Shown piece by piece: positions 47,377 to 56,310 of a stretch of DNA of 64,000 nt. The notes beneath the pieces were generated by a model. It ran no database searches, was not told the origin of the DNA, and saw nothing but the letters and a program-made list of their open reading frames with translations. The DNA lies in NCBI GenBank assembly GCA_003213165.1, contig QCNO01000001.1, forward strand, positions 202,068 through 266,067, written 5' to 3'. Source of the stretch: OCS155 cluster bacterium AG-426-D23 (GTDB taxonomy: Bacteria; Actinomycetota; Acidimicrobiia; Actinomarinales; Actinomarinaceae). Made by a program: the position numbers and the translations under genes. How positions within the stretch are numbered: position 1 is the stretch's first letter; every line of letters begins with the position of its first letter.

Positions 47377-47844
47377 TTAAAAATTTGTAAACTTTATTTC
47401 ACCAAAATCTCTAAAAATTATTTCGCCATTTGTATCAAGTACAATAGTTATCGGTTGACCAACTACTTTAAAATAATCTCTTAATTGTGGTGTAGAAAAT
47501 CCAATTCTAAGATTTCCTTTTAAGTTTTCTTTTACCCATTCTAAAGTGGGTGTGTACTCACTATGCGCAAGTGCAATAACATCATATTCTCCCTCTAAAT
47601 TTTCTAATTCAGCCTCCAAGACAGGTAACTCCTGTCTGCAAAGGCCTCAGTAATCGGCCCAGAAAATTATGATTGTTTTTTTGTCTGTAAAATTCTCAAT
47701 AGCAACAACTTCAGATGTATCTATATACTCAAAAGAATTCTCAGTAATAGCATCTTTAGATTCTCCAACCTTTACCAGTTCTTCACTAGCCCCATATGAA
47801 CAAGTAATAAATAACATTATCAATATTGGTAGGTATCGTCTCAT
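47377..47844 (-). CDS. TlpA/redoxin-family thioredoxin-fold selenoprotein (UxxC), 155 aa with UGA recoding
   Basis: Track ORFs 47647-47844 and 47377-47619 are in one frame, separated only by TGA (47647-49). Joined protein reads IIIFWADY-U-GL-C-RQELPVL...VVGQPITIVLDTNGEI. Confidence 0.85.
47611..47646 (-). promoter_or_regulatory. Bacterial SECIS-like stem-loop immediately 3' of the in-frame UGA
   Basis: mRNA GGCCUU-UGC-AGACAGG-AGUUA-CCUGUCU-UG-GAGGCU: perfect 7-bp upper stem, lower stem GGCCUU/GAGGCU, loop 16 nt from UGA with G at loop position 2. Confidence 0.8.
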
Positions 47845-47891
47845 ACACTAATCATAATATTATTGATGAATAACCTTGCTATCCTAAATAT

Positions 47892-49085
47892 GTGAATATT
47901 GCACTTTTAAGCGTTGGAACTGAAATTTTACTTGGTGACACTATTAATACTAATCTTGCATCACTTGGACAAGCTTTATACAACAATGGTTTTATTCTCT
48001 CAACTGAAAAAACTGTTCCTGATGATAAAAAATTAATACAAGATGCTGTTAATGAATTACTTCAAAGTAATGATGTAATTATTACATGTGGAGGTATTGG
48101 ACCCACTGAAGATGACTTTACAAAAGAAGTTATCTCTGAAATGTTTAACTTAACACTTGTTGTTGACGAAGATCATCTGAGTTGGATGAAATCTAGATGG
48201 GAGAGTAGAGGAATGACTATGCCCGTAACAAACGTTAAGCAAGCAGAAATCCCAGCAGGTGCGACTAAATTAAACAACACAAACGGAACCTCACCAGGAA
48301 TTTATATTGAATACAAAAGTAAACATGTATTCATACTTCCAGGACCACCAAGAGAGTTCATACCGCTTGTAACAGATGAGTTAATACCATTTTTAAAAGA
48401 TAATTTTACAAAAGTTGAAAAAGATTATGAATTTATTTTATTTTTTAACGAAGCAGAGTCTGCTTTAGCTGAAAAAATTGACAAGTTTAAACCTAAAGGT
48501 TTAGATATTGCTTATTTAGCGAGCAGGGGAATAATTAAATTACGAATCGATAAAAATTCAGTCAGTGTTGATGCGTTGAAAGACTTTAAACATCTTATAA
48601 AAGAAACATTAAGTGACAATGTATTAAGTTATGAAAATATCCCTGCTTCGAAAGTTTTATTAAGAGAACTAAAAGCTAGGAATTATACAATATCAATAGT
48701 AGAGAGCATTACTGGGGGATTATTTTCTAAAGAGCTTGTTTCTCATCCAGGTGCAAGCAAAACACTACTTGCATCTAATGTTTTGTATTCTATGGATGCA
48801 AAAAAAGAACTATTAAATGCTGAACCTAACGAGGACTGGGCGCTACTCGCTGAAGAGTTAGCAGTTGCGTCTATGAAAAAATATAATTCTTCAGTCGGTT
48901 TAGCAGTATTGGGTGAAGCTGGTCCCGTTCCTTCGAGTAAATATAAAATAGGTCAAATATTTATATCCATCTGTATCAATGGTGAAATATCTAATTTCAC
49001 ACACAATTTACGTGGTAATAGGGAAGATATCATAAATAGAGCAGTAAATAACTGTATATGGGATCTATTAAATTTAATTAAATAG
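47892..49085 (+). CDS. cinA: CinA (MoCF-like domain plus NMN deamidase PncC domain)
   Basis: VGTEILLGDTINTN, GGIGPTEDD.T, LPGPPRE, VESITGG. Confidence 0.92.
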   Translation: MNIALLSVGTEILLGDTINTNLASLGQALYNNGFILSTEKTVPDDKKLIQDAVNELLQSNDVIITCGGIGPTEDDFTKEVISEMFNLTLVVDEDHLSWMKSRWESRGMTMPVTNVKQAEIPAGATKLNNTNGTSPGIYIEYKSKHVFILPGPPREFIPLVTDELIPFLKDNFTKVEKDYEFILFFNEAESALAEKIDKFKPKGLDIAYLASRGIIKLRIDKNSVSVDALKDFKHLIKETLSDNVLSYENIPASKVLLRELKARNYTISIVESITGGLFSKELVSHPGASKTLLASNVLYSMDAKKELLNAEPNEDWALLAEELAVASMKKYNSSVGLAVLGEAGPVPSSKYKIGQIFISICINGEISNFTHNLRGNREDIINRAVNNCIWDLLNLIK

Positions 49086-49091
49086 TTGTAT

Positions 49092-49107
49092 TCGAACAAA
49101 TGTTCGA
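49092..49107. promoter_or_regulatory. LexA (SOS) box upstream of recA
   Basis: TCGAACAAATGTTCGA is a perfect actinobacterial TCGAAC-N4-GTTCGA. Confidence 0.92.
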
Positions 49108-49172
49108 TTAAAATTTGTCATATAGAGATGTTTAAATAGTTATTAATTATTGTTAATAAATAGGAGAAAATA

Positions 49173-50225
49173 ATGGATAAAGACAGGGCAAAAAAACTTG
49201 ATACAGTTTTTTCGCAGATAGAAAAACAATTTGGTGAAGGCTCTTTGATGAAACTTGGATCTGACCAAGTCAGAAAGATACCTTCTATATCTACAGGAGC
49301 ACTATCAATAGACCTTGCATTAGGTATAGGTGGTGTGCCCAAGGGTAGAGTTATAGAAATTTATGGTCCTGAAAGCTCAGGTAAAACAACATTATCTTTA
49401 CACATTGCTGCAGAAGCTCAGAAAGCTGGTGGAGTAGCAGCATTTATTGATGCAGAACATGCTCTTGATCCGATCTATGCAAGCGCTCTTGGTGTTGATG
49501 TTGATGAATTACTTGTATCACAGCCTGATACAGGAGAACAAGCTCTAGAGATCGCAAATATGTTGATTGATTCCGAAGGTGTCGATGTAGTAGTTATTGA
49601 CTCTGTTGCAGCTTTAGTACCCCAAGCTGAGATTGATGGAGAGATGGGTCAATCCCATGTTGGATTACAGGCAAGATTAATGTCACAGGCGTTAAGAAAA
49701 CTAACATCATCTATCAATAAAACACAAACGACTGTTATATTTATCAATCAAATTAGAGAAAAAATTGGTGTTATGTGGGGTTCTCCTGAAACTACAAGTG
49801 GTGGTAGAGCACTTAAATTTTATGCATCAGTAAGAATTGATATTAGAAGAATTGAAACTCTTAAAATTGGAGCGGAAATGATTGGTAATCGCGTACGTGC
49901 AAAAATTGTAAAGAACAAGGTTGCACCACCATTTAAAGAAGCTCAATTTGATATTATGTTTGGTCAAGGAATTTCTAGAGAAGGTAGCTTGCTAGATGTA
50001 GGTGTAGATCATGGAATAGTTAGAAAAGCTGGTGCTTGGTTTACTTATGATGAGATTCAATTAGGACAAGGTAAGGAAAATTCTAAGAGATTTTTAAGAG
50101 AAAATGCTGATATTGCTTTGCAGTTAGAAACAGACGTGTACAAGGCAGTTGGCATGATTGAGTCTGATGATGCTACAGAAGAGGTAACTGTAGAAGATTC
50201 AGAGGATGCAACACCTGAAAAATAA
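49173..50225 (+). CDS. recA: Recombinase A
   Basis: [41 protein letters not shown]; no intein. Confidence 0.99.
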   Translation: MDKDRAKKLDTVFSQIEKQFGEGSLMKLGSDQVRKIPSISTGALSIDLALGIGGVPKGRVIEIYGPESSGKTTLSLHIAAEAQKAGGVAAFIDAEHALDPIYASALGVDVDELLVSQPDTGEQALEIANMLIDSEGVDVVVIDSVAALVPQAEIDGEMGQSHVGLQARLMSQALRKLTSSINKTQTTVIFINQIREKIGVMWGSPETTSGGRALKFYASVRIDIRRIETLKIGAEMIGNRVRAKIVKNKVAPPFKEAQFDIMFGQGISREGSLLDVGVDHGIVRKAGAWFTYDEIQLGQGKENSKRFLRENADIALQLETDVYKAVGMIESDDATEEVTVEDSEDATPEK

Positions 50226-50263
50226 TATAGAGATTATTTAAAAAACAAATTTATAATTCAATT

Positions 50264-51640
50264 GTGGAACAAACAGTTGTAATTAAACCAAAAATGATTT
50301 TTACTCCTTCGCGTGAGGGTAAAAAGTATTTTGTTAAAACATTTGGTTGCCAAATGAATGAACATGATTCGGAAAAAATAGCAGGCCTGTTTGAACTAGA
50401 TGGTATGACAAAAGCAACCATTGAGGATTCTGCAGATATTATGTTTATCAATACATGCACAATTAGAGAAAATGCTGATGATAGGTTATATGGAACACTT
50501 GGACAGTTAAAAAAATGGAAAGATGAAGGAAACGATCGAAAGCTACTTGTAGGTGGATGTGCCGCACAGAAAGATAAAGAACTAGTTAGAAAGAGAGCTC
50601 CATGGGTAGATGTCGTAATTGGAACTCATAATTTAACCAATATCATTAATCTACTAAATCAATCTGAAGACTGGGGCCCAATCACTGAAATAATTGATGA
50701 GATAGAAGATCTTCCAACAGATGCACCTTCAATAAGAGAGTCTGAGCATTCTGCATGGTTAACAATTCAAATCGGTTGTAATAATTCTTGTACATTTTGT
50801 ATTGTTCCGTCTGTCAGAGGTCCAGAAATAAGTAGGAGGCCAAGTGACATCATCAATGAAGCACAGGAATTAGTAGAGTCAGGGATTAAAGAAATAACAT
50901 TATTAGGACAAAATGTAAATTCCTATGGTAGAGATTTAAAAATTGATAATAAAAGTAGGCCATACTTTGCTCAGTTGTTACATAAGCTTAATGGAATAGA
51001 CGGACTTGAAAGAATTCGTTTTACATCACCACATCCAAAAGATTTTAAAGAAGAAACTATAAATGCAGTCAAGTCACTAAGTAAAGTATGCAATCAGATA
51101 CACGTACCATTACAAAGTGGAAGTAGTGATATTCTTTCAAAGATGCATCGTGGATACAATAAGGAAAAATTTTTACAAAAAGTTGACATGATTAGAGGCA
51201 TTATTCCAGATGTTTCATTAACAACAGATATAATAGTTGGCTTTCCTGGTGAAACTGATGATGATTTTCAAGACACTATGGACATTGTAAAATATGTTGA
51301 ATTTGACTCCGTATATATGTTTCAATTTTCACCAAGACCAGGTACAAAGGCATATGATATGCAGGATGAATTTGTTGACCAAGATATTATTAAAAAAAGA
51401 TTTCAACACTTAAAAGACGTCCAGACAAATATTAGTGAAAAAAGATTGAATAGATTTGTTGGAACGAATCAACTTTTGTTAATTGAAAAACCTTCGAAAA
51501 AAAATAACATGGTTCTAACAGGCAAAATTGATAGTGGTCAGATTACACACATTGACAAAAAGAATGTTTCTATTGGGGATATTGTTCAAGTTAGAATTAC
51601 TGACTCAACACCTTTCTATTTAAAAGCAGAATTAATTTAG
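50264..51640 (+). CDS. miaB: tRNA-2-methylthio-N6-dimethylallyladenosine synthase
   Basis: TFGCQMNEHDS, radical SAM GCNNSCTFC, DIIVGFPGET, TRAM-like C-terminus. Confidence 0.96.
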   Translation: MEQTVVIKPKMIFTPSREGKKYFVKTFGCQMNEHDSEKIAGLFELDGMTKATIEDSADIMFINTCTIRENADDRLYGTLGQLKKWKDEGNDRKLLVGGCAAQKDKELVRKRAPWVDVVIGTHNLTNIINLLNQSEDWGPITEIIDEIEDLPTDAPSIRESEHSAWLTIQIGCNNSCTFCIVPSVRGPEISRRPSDIINEAQELVESGIKEITLLGQNVNSYGRDLKIDNKSRPYFAQLLHKLNGIDGLERIRFTSPHPKDFKEETINAVKSLSKVCNQIHVPLQSGSSDILSKMHRGYNKEKFLQKVDMIRGIIPDVSLTTDIIVGFPGETDDDFQDTMDIVKYVEFDSVYMFQFSPRPGTKAYDMQDEFVDQDIIKKRFQHLKDVQTNISEKRLNRFVGTNQLLLIEKPSKKNNMVLTGKIDSGQITHIDKKNVSIGDIVQVRITDSTPFYLKAELI

Positions 51641-51641
51641 T

Positions 51642-52466
51642 TTGTTATATTTTCTCACAGGCATAACAGCATCTGGAAAGTCGGATTTAGCACACAAAAT
51701 TGCTATTGAAAATAATATGTCCATCCTCTCAGTTGATTCTATGGCTGTCTACAAAGGTCTAGATGTGTTGACTGCAAAGCCATCTGACGTAATGCAAGCT
51801 CAAGTAAAATATTACGGTTTAGACATTGCAGATTGTGATCAGAATTTTTCAATAATTGATTATTTAAATTATCTTATTGATCATGATATCCCAGAAAAAT
51901 CTTTTAAAGAGGATATATTAGCTGTTGGAGGTTCTGGATTATACGTTAAAGCAATAATTGATAGGTATGAGTTTAAACCAACCGACCCAACAATAAGATC
52001 GGAATTAGAACAATTAAATTTTGATCAATTATTGAAATTTCATGATCTTAATGGGATACCAATTCCTGATATGGAATTAAATAAAAGGAGATTAATGAGA
52101 AATATTGAAAGCTTTATGTTGGAGGAATCCAAGTATGTTTTTCCAGAAGTAAATCTGCCTTTAGATAAAGTTGGCATTTTTTGGAATCATCCTAATCATA
52201 AGAATAATATTGAAATTAGAACCAAGAAAATGATTGATAATGGTTTGGTAGAAGAAATAAACAAAATTAACAATCCATCTAAAACAGTTCTTCAAGCTAT
52301 TGGAATGAATTTATCTGATAATCTTGAAGAAAATATAAATATAAAAACAAAAAGATTAGCTAAAAAACAAATTACTTGGTTTAAAAAAGAACCAAAATTA
52401 CATATGATTGAAACAGATAACCAAGACCTTGTATACAATTCAATGATGGAGATTATTAATGGCTAA
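51642..52466 (+). CDS. miaA: tRNA dimethylallyltransferase (compact)
   Basis: GITASGKS, SVDSMAVYKGLDV.TAKP, VGGSGLY, LAKKQITWF. Confidence 0.9.
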   Translation: MLYFLTGITASGKSDLAHKIAIENNMSILSVDSMAVYKGLDVLTAKPSDVMQAQVKYYGLDIADCDQNFSIIDYLNYLIDHDIPEKSFKEDILAVGGSGLYVKAIIDRYEFKPTDPTIRSELEQLNFDQLLKFHDLNGIPIPDMELNKRRLMRNIESFMLEESKYVFPEVNLPLDKVGIFWNHPNHKNNIEIRTKKMIDNGLVEEINKINNPSKTVLQAIGMNLSDNLEENINIKTKRLAKKQITWFKKEPKLHMIETDNQDLVYNSMMEIING

Positions 52467-53193
52467 TTTTGCTTACATGTCTGGAACAGGAAATGATTTT
52501 ATAGTTGGTAAGTATGAAGGGGAAGTTTCTGAAATTCAAATTATTGCACTTGTCAGTGATGCAGAATACGAAGTAGATGGAGTTATATTTGTTGAACCAT
52601 TAAAAAATAATTCTGTAAAAATGCATTATTACAATAATGATGGTTCTGATGCAGAGCTTTGCGTAAACGGTGTACGATGTGTTGCTAAATACGCACTCGA
52701 CAATAATTATTTAAGTGCTGTGAGATTTACTGTTAAAACACCGGTTGGGAACTTAGATGTATATGTCGATGACAATATAGTTGAAGTATCAACTCCTATT
52801 CCTTCCTATGAAGAAGAAAAAATTAATGTAAATATTTATGAAGGTGTAAAATCTTCAATTGGCAATCCTCATTTTATGATAGAAGTAGATAATGTAGACG
52901 TAATAGATTTAGAAAAATTGAATGCTGAAATAGTTAATGAAAAATTATTCCCAGATGGTGTAAATGTTGAAATATATCAAATAGTTAATAGAAATTATAT
53001 TAAAGCTAGAGTCTTCGAAAGAGGAGTAGGTGAGACAGATGCTTGTGGATCAGGCGCTCTATGCATATTTAACTATCTAAATAAAACAGATCAAATAGAT
53101 AATAATTCTTATGTAATGTACCCAGGTGGTGACTTAAATCTAAGATTTGAAAATAATAATTTATATTTATTAGGAGAAGTTAGATATCTCTAA
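52459..53193 (+). CDS. dapF: Diaminopimelate epimerase
   Basis: GTGNDF, DGS.AELCVNG.RC, GNPH, GVNVE, ERGVGETDACGSG. Confidence 0.95.
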   Translation: MANFAYMSGTGNDFIVGKYEGEVSEIQIIALVSDAEYEVDGVIFVEPLKNNSVKMHYYNNDGSDAELCVNGVRCVAKYALDNNYLSAVRFTVKTPVGNLDVYVDDNIVEVSTPIPSYEEEKINVNIYEGVKSSIGNPHFMIEVDNVDVIDLEKLNAEIVNEKLFPDGVNVEIYQIVNRNYIKARVFERGVGETDACGSGALCIFNYLNKTDQIDNNSYVMYPGGDLNLRFENNNLYLLGEVRYL

Positions 53194-53770
53194 ATAAACT
53201 AACCACTTTGCCAATAGGCTGTATATTCGAATTAATTTCTTGATTATTGTAATTTTTATTTGCTGGTATCAAATATCTTTTGCCTGAAATTGTATCTAAA
53301 TATTTAACAGTTGCTTCTGTATCATTTATCATAAATGCACCAATATCACCATTTTTTGGCTCAACTCCTTTATCAATAACAACAATATCTCCATCATGAA
53401 TTCCAGCATCCAGCATTGAATCTCCATTAACTTTTAATGCAAATAGATTTTGATTAAATTTTTCTTGTGGGACAGATATTTCTCCAATTTTATTTTCTTC
53501 AGCTAATAATGGTGAACCAGCTGCAATTTCACCAACAATAGGCACTGTTTTAAAACTCGTGATTATTTTATTACTTGTTAACGTCCTTGGTTGATTAGCT
53601 TTTTTACTTAATAGACCCTTTTCAATTAAATTATTTAGATGATGATGAACAGAACTTGTTGATTTGAGATTAACTTTTTCAGCAATTTCTCTAATCGAAG
53701 GGGAGTAACCTTCATTTTCTATCTTATATTGTATAAATTCCAATATTTCTGTTTGTTTATTTAATTTCAT
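53180..53770 (-). CDS. lexA: SOS repressor LexA
   Basis: GYSPSIREIA wHTH, IAAGSP cleavage site, GDSM, ATVK. Confidence 0.96.
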   Translation of the reverse strand: MKLNKQTEILEFIQYKIENEGYSPSIREIAEKVNLKSTSSVHHHLNNLIEKGLLSKKANQPRTLTSNKIITSFKTVPIVGEIAAGSPLLAEENKIGEISVPQEKFNQNLFALKVNGDSMLDAGIHDGDIVVIDKGVEPKNGDIGAFMINDTEATVKYLDTISGKRYLIPANKNYNNQEINSNIQPIGKVVSLFRDI

Positions 53771-53789
53771 ATTGAATTATATCATAAAT

Positions 53790-53805
53790 TAGAACAAATG
53801 TTCGA
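53790..53805. promoter_or_regulatory. LexA (SOS) box between divergent lexA and LysM gene
   Basis: TAGAACAAATGTTCGA, same core as the recA box. Confidence 0.88.
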
Positions 53806-53840
53806 AAAAAAATGTCATACACGATTATTAAAATCAAAAT

Positions 53841-54113
53841 ATGAAAAATTTTATAAAACTTTTTGTAATTATGTATTTTTTAAGTGGCTTTGTCTCATAC
53901 CATGTAAAAAAACCTTTGAATTCAGATATCTTAAATCATGAAATTTCATTAATTCACTACAAAATCCGATCAGGTGATACATTATGGGGAATTGCTGATA
54001 ATTTTAATCCATCAAATAAAGAAAGTTTTATAAAAAAACTAATGGTAATAAACAATTTGGATTCTTATCTATTAGAAGTTAACAAAATTATAGTTATTCC
54101 AAAAAATATTTGA
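53841..54113 (+). CDS. TM-LysM protein, YneA/ChiZ-like SOS division inhibitor candidate
   Basis: N-terminal hydrophobic segment plus YKIRSGDTLWGIA LysM; lexA/LysM/nrdR synteny as for mycobacterial chiZ. Confidence 0.72.
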   Translation: MKNFIKLFVIMYFLSGFVSYHVKKPLNSDILNHEISLIHYKIRSGDTLWGIADNFNPSNKESFIKKLMVINNLDSYLLEVNKIIVIPKNI

Positions 54114-54156
54114 TACTATATTTAGGAGTTATTATAATTGATACTATATATGGTAT
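54113..54156. promoter_or_regulatory. Two tandem NrdR-box-like sites
   Basis: ATACTATATTTAGGAG (54113-28) and ATACTATATATGGTAT (54141-56) versus consensus acaCwAtATaTwGtgt. Confidence 0.5.
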
Positions 54157-54587
54157 GTCCTTATTGCAATAAGCAAGAAACAAATGTTGTAGATTCTAGA
54201 AAAAATAATGAAGGTAACTCTATTCGTAGAAGAAGAGAGTGTCCAAAGTGTAATTTAAGATTTACTACTTATGAAAAGGCAGAAATCGGTTTGTTTGTTC
54301 AGAAAAGAAGCGGTGAATTGCAAGAATTTAACTACGAAAAATTGTATAAGGGTATAGAAAATGCATTTGGTGGACTAGATTTGAATGAAAAACAGCTAAA
54401 AACTCTTGTTGATAACATTTTTATTGATATAAAAGAAAAAGGTGCAAAAGTTAAAAGTGAATTTATTGGAGAAACTGTATTAAATCACCTTAAGGAGATA
54501 AATAAAGTTGCATATTTAAGATTTGCATCAGTATATAAAGAATTTTCAGATGCATCTGATTTTGAAAAAGAGGTTGCTGAACTATAA
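54150..54587 (+). CDS. nrdR: Transcriptional repressor NrdR
   Basis: CPYC...VVDSR..IRRRRECPKC..RFTTYE, ATP cone, AYLRFASVY. Confidence 0.96.
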   Translation: MVCPYCNKQETNVVDSRKNNEGNSIRRRRECPKCNLRFTTYEKAEIGLFVQKRSGELQEFNYEKLYKGIENAFGGLDLNEKQLKTLVDNIFIDIKEKGAKVKSEFIGETVLNHLKEINKVAYLRFASVYKEFSDASDFEKEVAEL

Positions 54588-54588
54588 T

Positions 54589-55656
54589 TCAGGGCAAATC
54601 ATCAAAATTATTGTATGCATTTAAACTTTTATTATTAAAATCTTCCAATGCATTTTCAAAAGCTTTAATCTCGGTTGATTTATTTAAATTAATTGTCGAA
54701 ACTATAGATTTTGCTACATCAAATTCATTATTCCTTAAAGAAGCTAGATAACGTCCATGCAGATCTTCAGCTGTAAGAATTGCTACTTCAACTAAGTTTC
54801 TGTGGTTGTTAAATTCCTCAATTTCAGGTAAATTTGAAAAATTAACTTTACTTTGTGCGATTATACCTGATAGTTCAATCGTTATTTCATCAATATTTAT
54901 TTCACCATCTTCAGTAGGCAAATTACCATATACAAGGACCTCAGATATCAAAATTCTATACGTTATTACTAGGTCAAGTTCGTTTACTAATATAAAAATA
55001 TCATTTAAATTATTGAGAACTTCCTCTTTATTTTCAATGTCATTTCTAGATTCTAAATTTGTCCTGTATTCAATTAATGATGACTCTATTTGCTGTAAAT
55101 TGGCACTTGCATTTGAAACGTCGTATTTTGAATAAAAAGTATTTGTGGAAATTTCAATTAGAGTTGGTAGCATATCAATTAGTTCATTTGAGTTTGATGT
55201 AACTATTATTGAATCCTCTATAATTTCAGTTTGAGTATTCCTATAATCTATGTAGCTATTTACTGAAATAATGATTATTAGCAAAGTTGATATTCCTATA
55301 AAAGTTGGAAGAACCCATTGTCTACGACTTTCTAGATCAGACCATACTTTTTGGATTTGCTCAGTTATTCTGAGAGGATTAAATGTATCAGTTGGTGTTT
55401 CTGTGGAATTTGATTCAGCAGTATCTAGATATGTCTCAATACTGGGTTTTTTAACTTCTACAACAAGATCCTCCGTTGCGGAAATTAATTCTTCAAAAGA
55501 CTGTTGTTCTGTACTAATAGAATCAACTGGGACATTTGCATTATATTGTAATGAATCAATTTCAATGTCAGGTTCGAAACCTAATAAATCAAGAATTTTA
55601 ATTTTATTAGTTGTTTTAGTTTTATTTATTGAAAAATAATCTCTAATATTCATCAT
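54589..55656 (-). CDS. Hypothetical bitopic membrane protein
   Basis: Long ORF; acidic N-terminal region, one TM (WVLPTFIGISTLLIIIISV), helical C-terminal region. Start uncertain. Confidence 0.7.
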   Translation of the reverse strand: MMNIRDYFSINKTKTTNKIKILDLLGFEPDIEIDSLQYNANVPVDSISTEQQSFEELISATEDLVVEVKKPSIETYLDTAESNSTETPTDTFNPLRITEQIQKVWSDLESRRQWVLPTFIGISTLLIIIISVNSYIDYRNTQTEIIEDSIIVTSNSNELIDMLPTLIEISTNTFYSKYDVSNASANLQQIESSLIEYRTNLESRNDIENKEEVLNNLNDIFILVNELDLVITYRILISEVLVYGNLPTEDGEINIDEITIELSGIIAQSKVNFSNLPEIEEFNNHRNLVEVAILTAEDLHGRYLASLRNNEFDVAKSIVSTINLNKSTEIKAFENALEDFNNKSLNAYNNFDDLP

Positions 55657-55669
55657 TGAAAGGCTACCA

Positions 55670-56113
55670 CTGAAAGACAATTTTAATATAAAAATAAAAA
55701 TTCTTAATGAGTTTGGCAAAATTCCTGAAAAAAGTCATGAGGATGATATTGGGTATGATTTATATGCAGATAATGACTATTTAATAGAACCTGGAAAAGT
55801 AGAGTTAATAAATCTTGGTATCTCTATACAATTACCAAAAAATTTGGGTGGTTTTGTACTCCCGAGATCTGGACTAGCAACAAAACATTTAATATCGCCA
55901 ATAAACTCTCCAGGACTTATTGATCCAGGATACACAGGGGAGCTAATGGTGCCTTTAATGAACTACTCAGAAATTAGTTACACAGTAAAAAGACATGATA
56001 GAATTGCACAGCTAGTAGCTATTACAACCAGTGATTTAATATTCTATGAAGTTGATAGTTTAGATTTATCAGACAGATCTCATGGGGGCTTTGGTTCTAC
56101 TGGAAAAAAATAA
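55670..56113 (+). CDS. dut: dUTP diphosphatase (probable CTG start)
   Basis: All five motifs (GYDL, RSG, GLIDPGYTGE, IAQL, RSHGGFGSTG). Motif 1 lies upstream of the track start 55844; the frame has no ATG/GTG/TTG back to TAA at 55637. Confidence 0.9.
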   Translation: MKDNFNIKIKILNEFGKIPEKSHEDDIGYDLYADNDYLIEPGKVELINLGISIQLPKNLGGFVLPRSGLATKHLISPINSPGLIDPGYTGELMVPLMNYSEISYTVKRHDRIAQLVAITTSDLIFYEVDSLDLSDRSHGGFGSTGKK

Positions 56114-56150
56114 TTTTATTATTTATATAATTTATTAAGATATTACTAAT

Positions 56151-56224
56151 GCGGTAGTAGCTCAGCTGGCTAGAGCGTCTCGTTGCCAACGAGAAGGTCG
56201 AGGGTTCGAATCCCTTCTACCGCT
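56151..56224 (+). tRNA. tRNA-Gly (GCC)
   Basis: Acceptor GCGGTAG/CTACCGC, anticodon arm TCTCG-TTGCCAA-CGAGA, GTTCGAAT, U discriminator; CCA not encoded. Confidence 0.97.
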
Positions 56225-56230
56225 CTTCAC

Positions 56231-56304
56231 GGCGACGTGGCGGAGTGGCTACGCAGAGGTCTGCAAAACCTTGTACACCGGTTCGATTCCGGTCGTCGCC
56301 TCCA
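56231..56304 (+). tRNA. tRNA-Cys (GCA)
   Basis: Acceptor GGCGACG/CGTCGCC, anticodon arm GAGGT-CTGCAAA-ACCTT, GTTCGATT, U discriminator, CCA encoded. Confidence 0.97.
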
Positions 56305-56310
56305 ATAATT

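Noticed and set aside
47377-47844. Split redoxin read as a nonsense-mutation pseudogene
   Set aside because: The stop is TGA exactly at the catalytic Cys position, a SECIS-like hairpin follows, and both halves are otherwise intact. Sec recoding fits better, pending confirmation of sel genes.
56245-56310. Track N-terminus of the peptidase ORF (GTG 56245)
   Set aside because: It overlaps tRNA-Cys; ATG 56311 is the plausible start.
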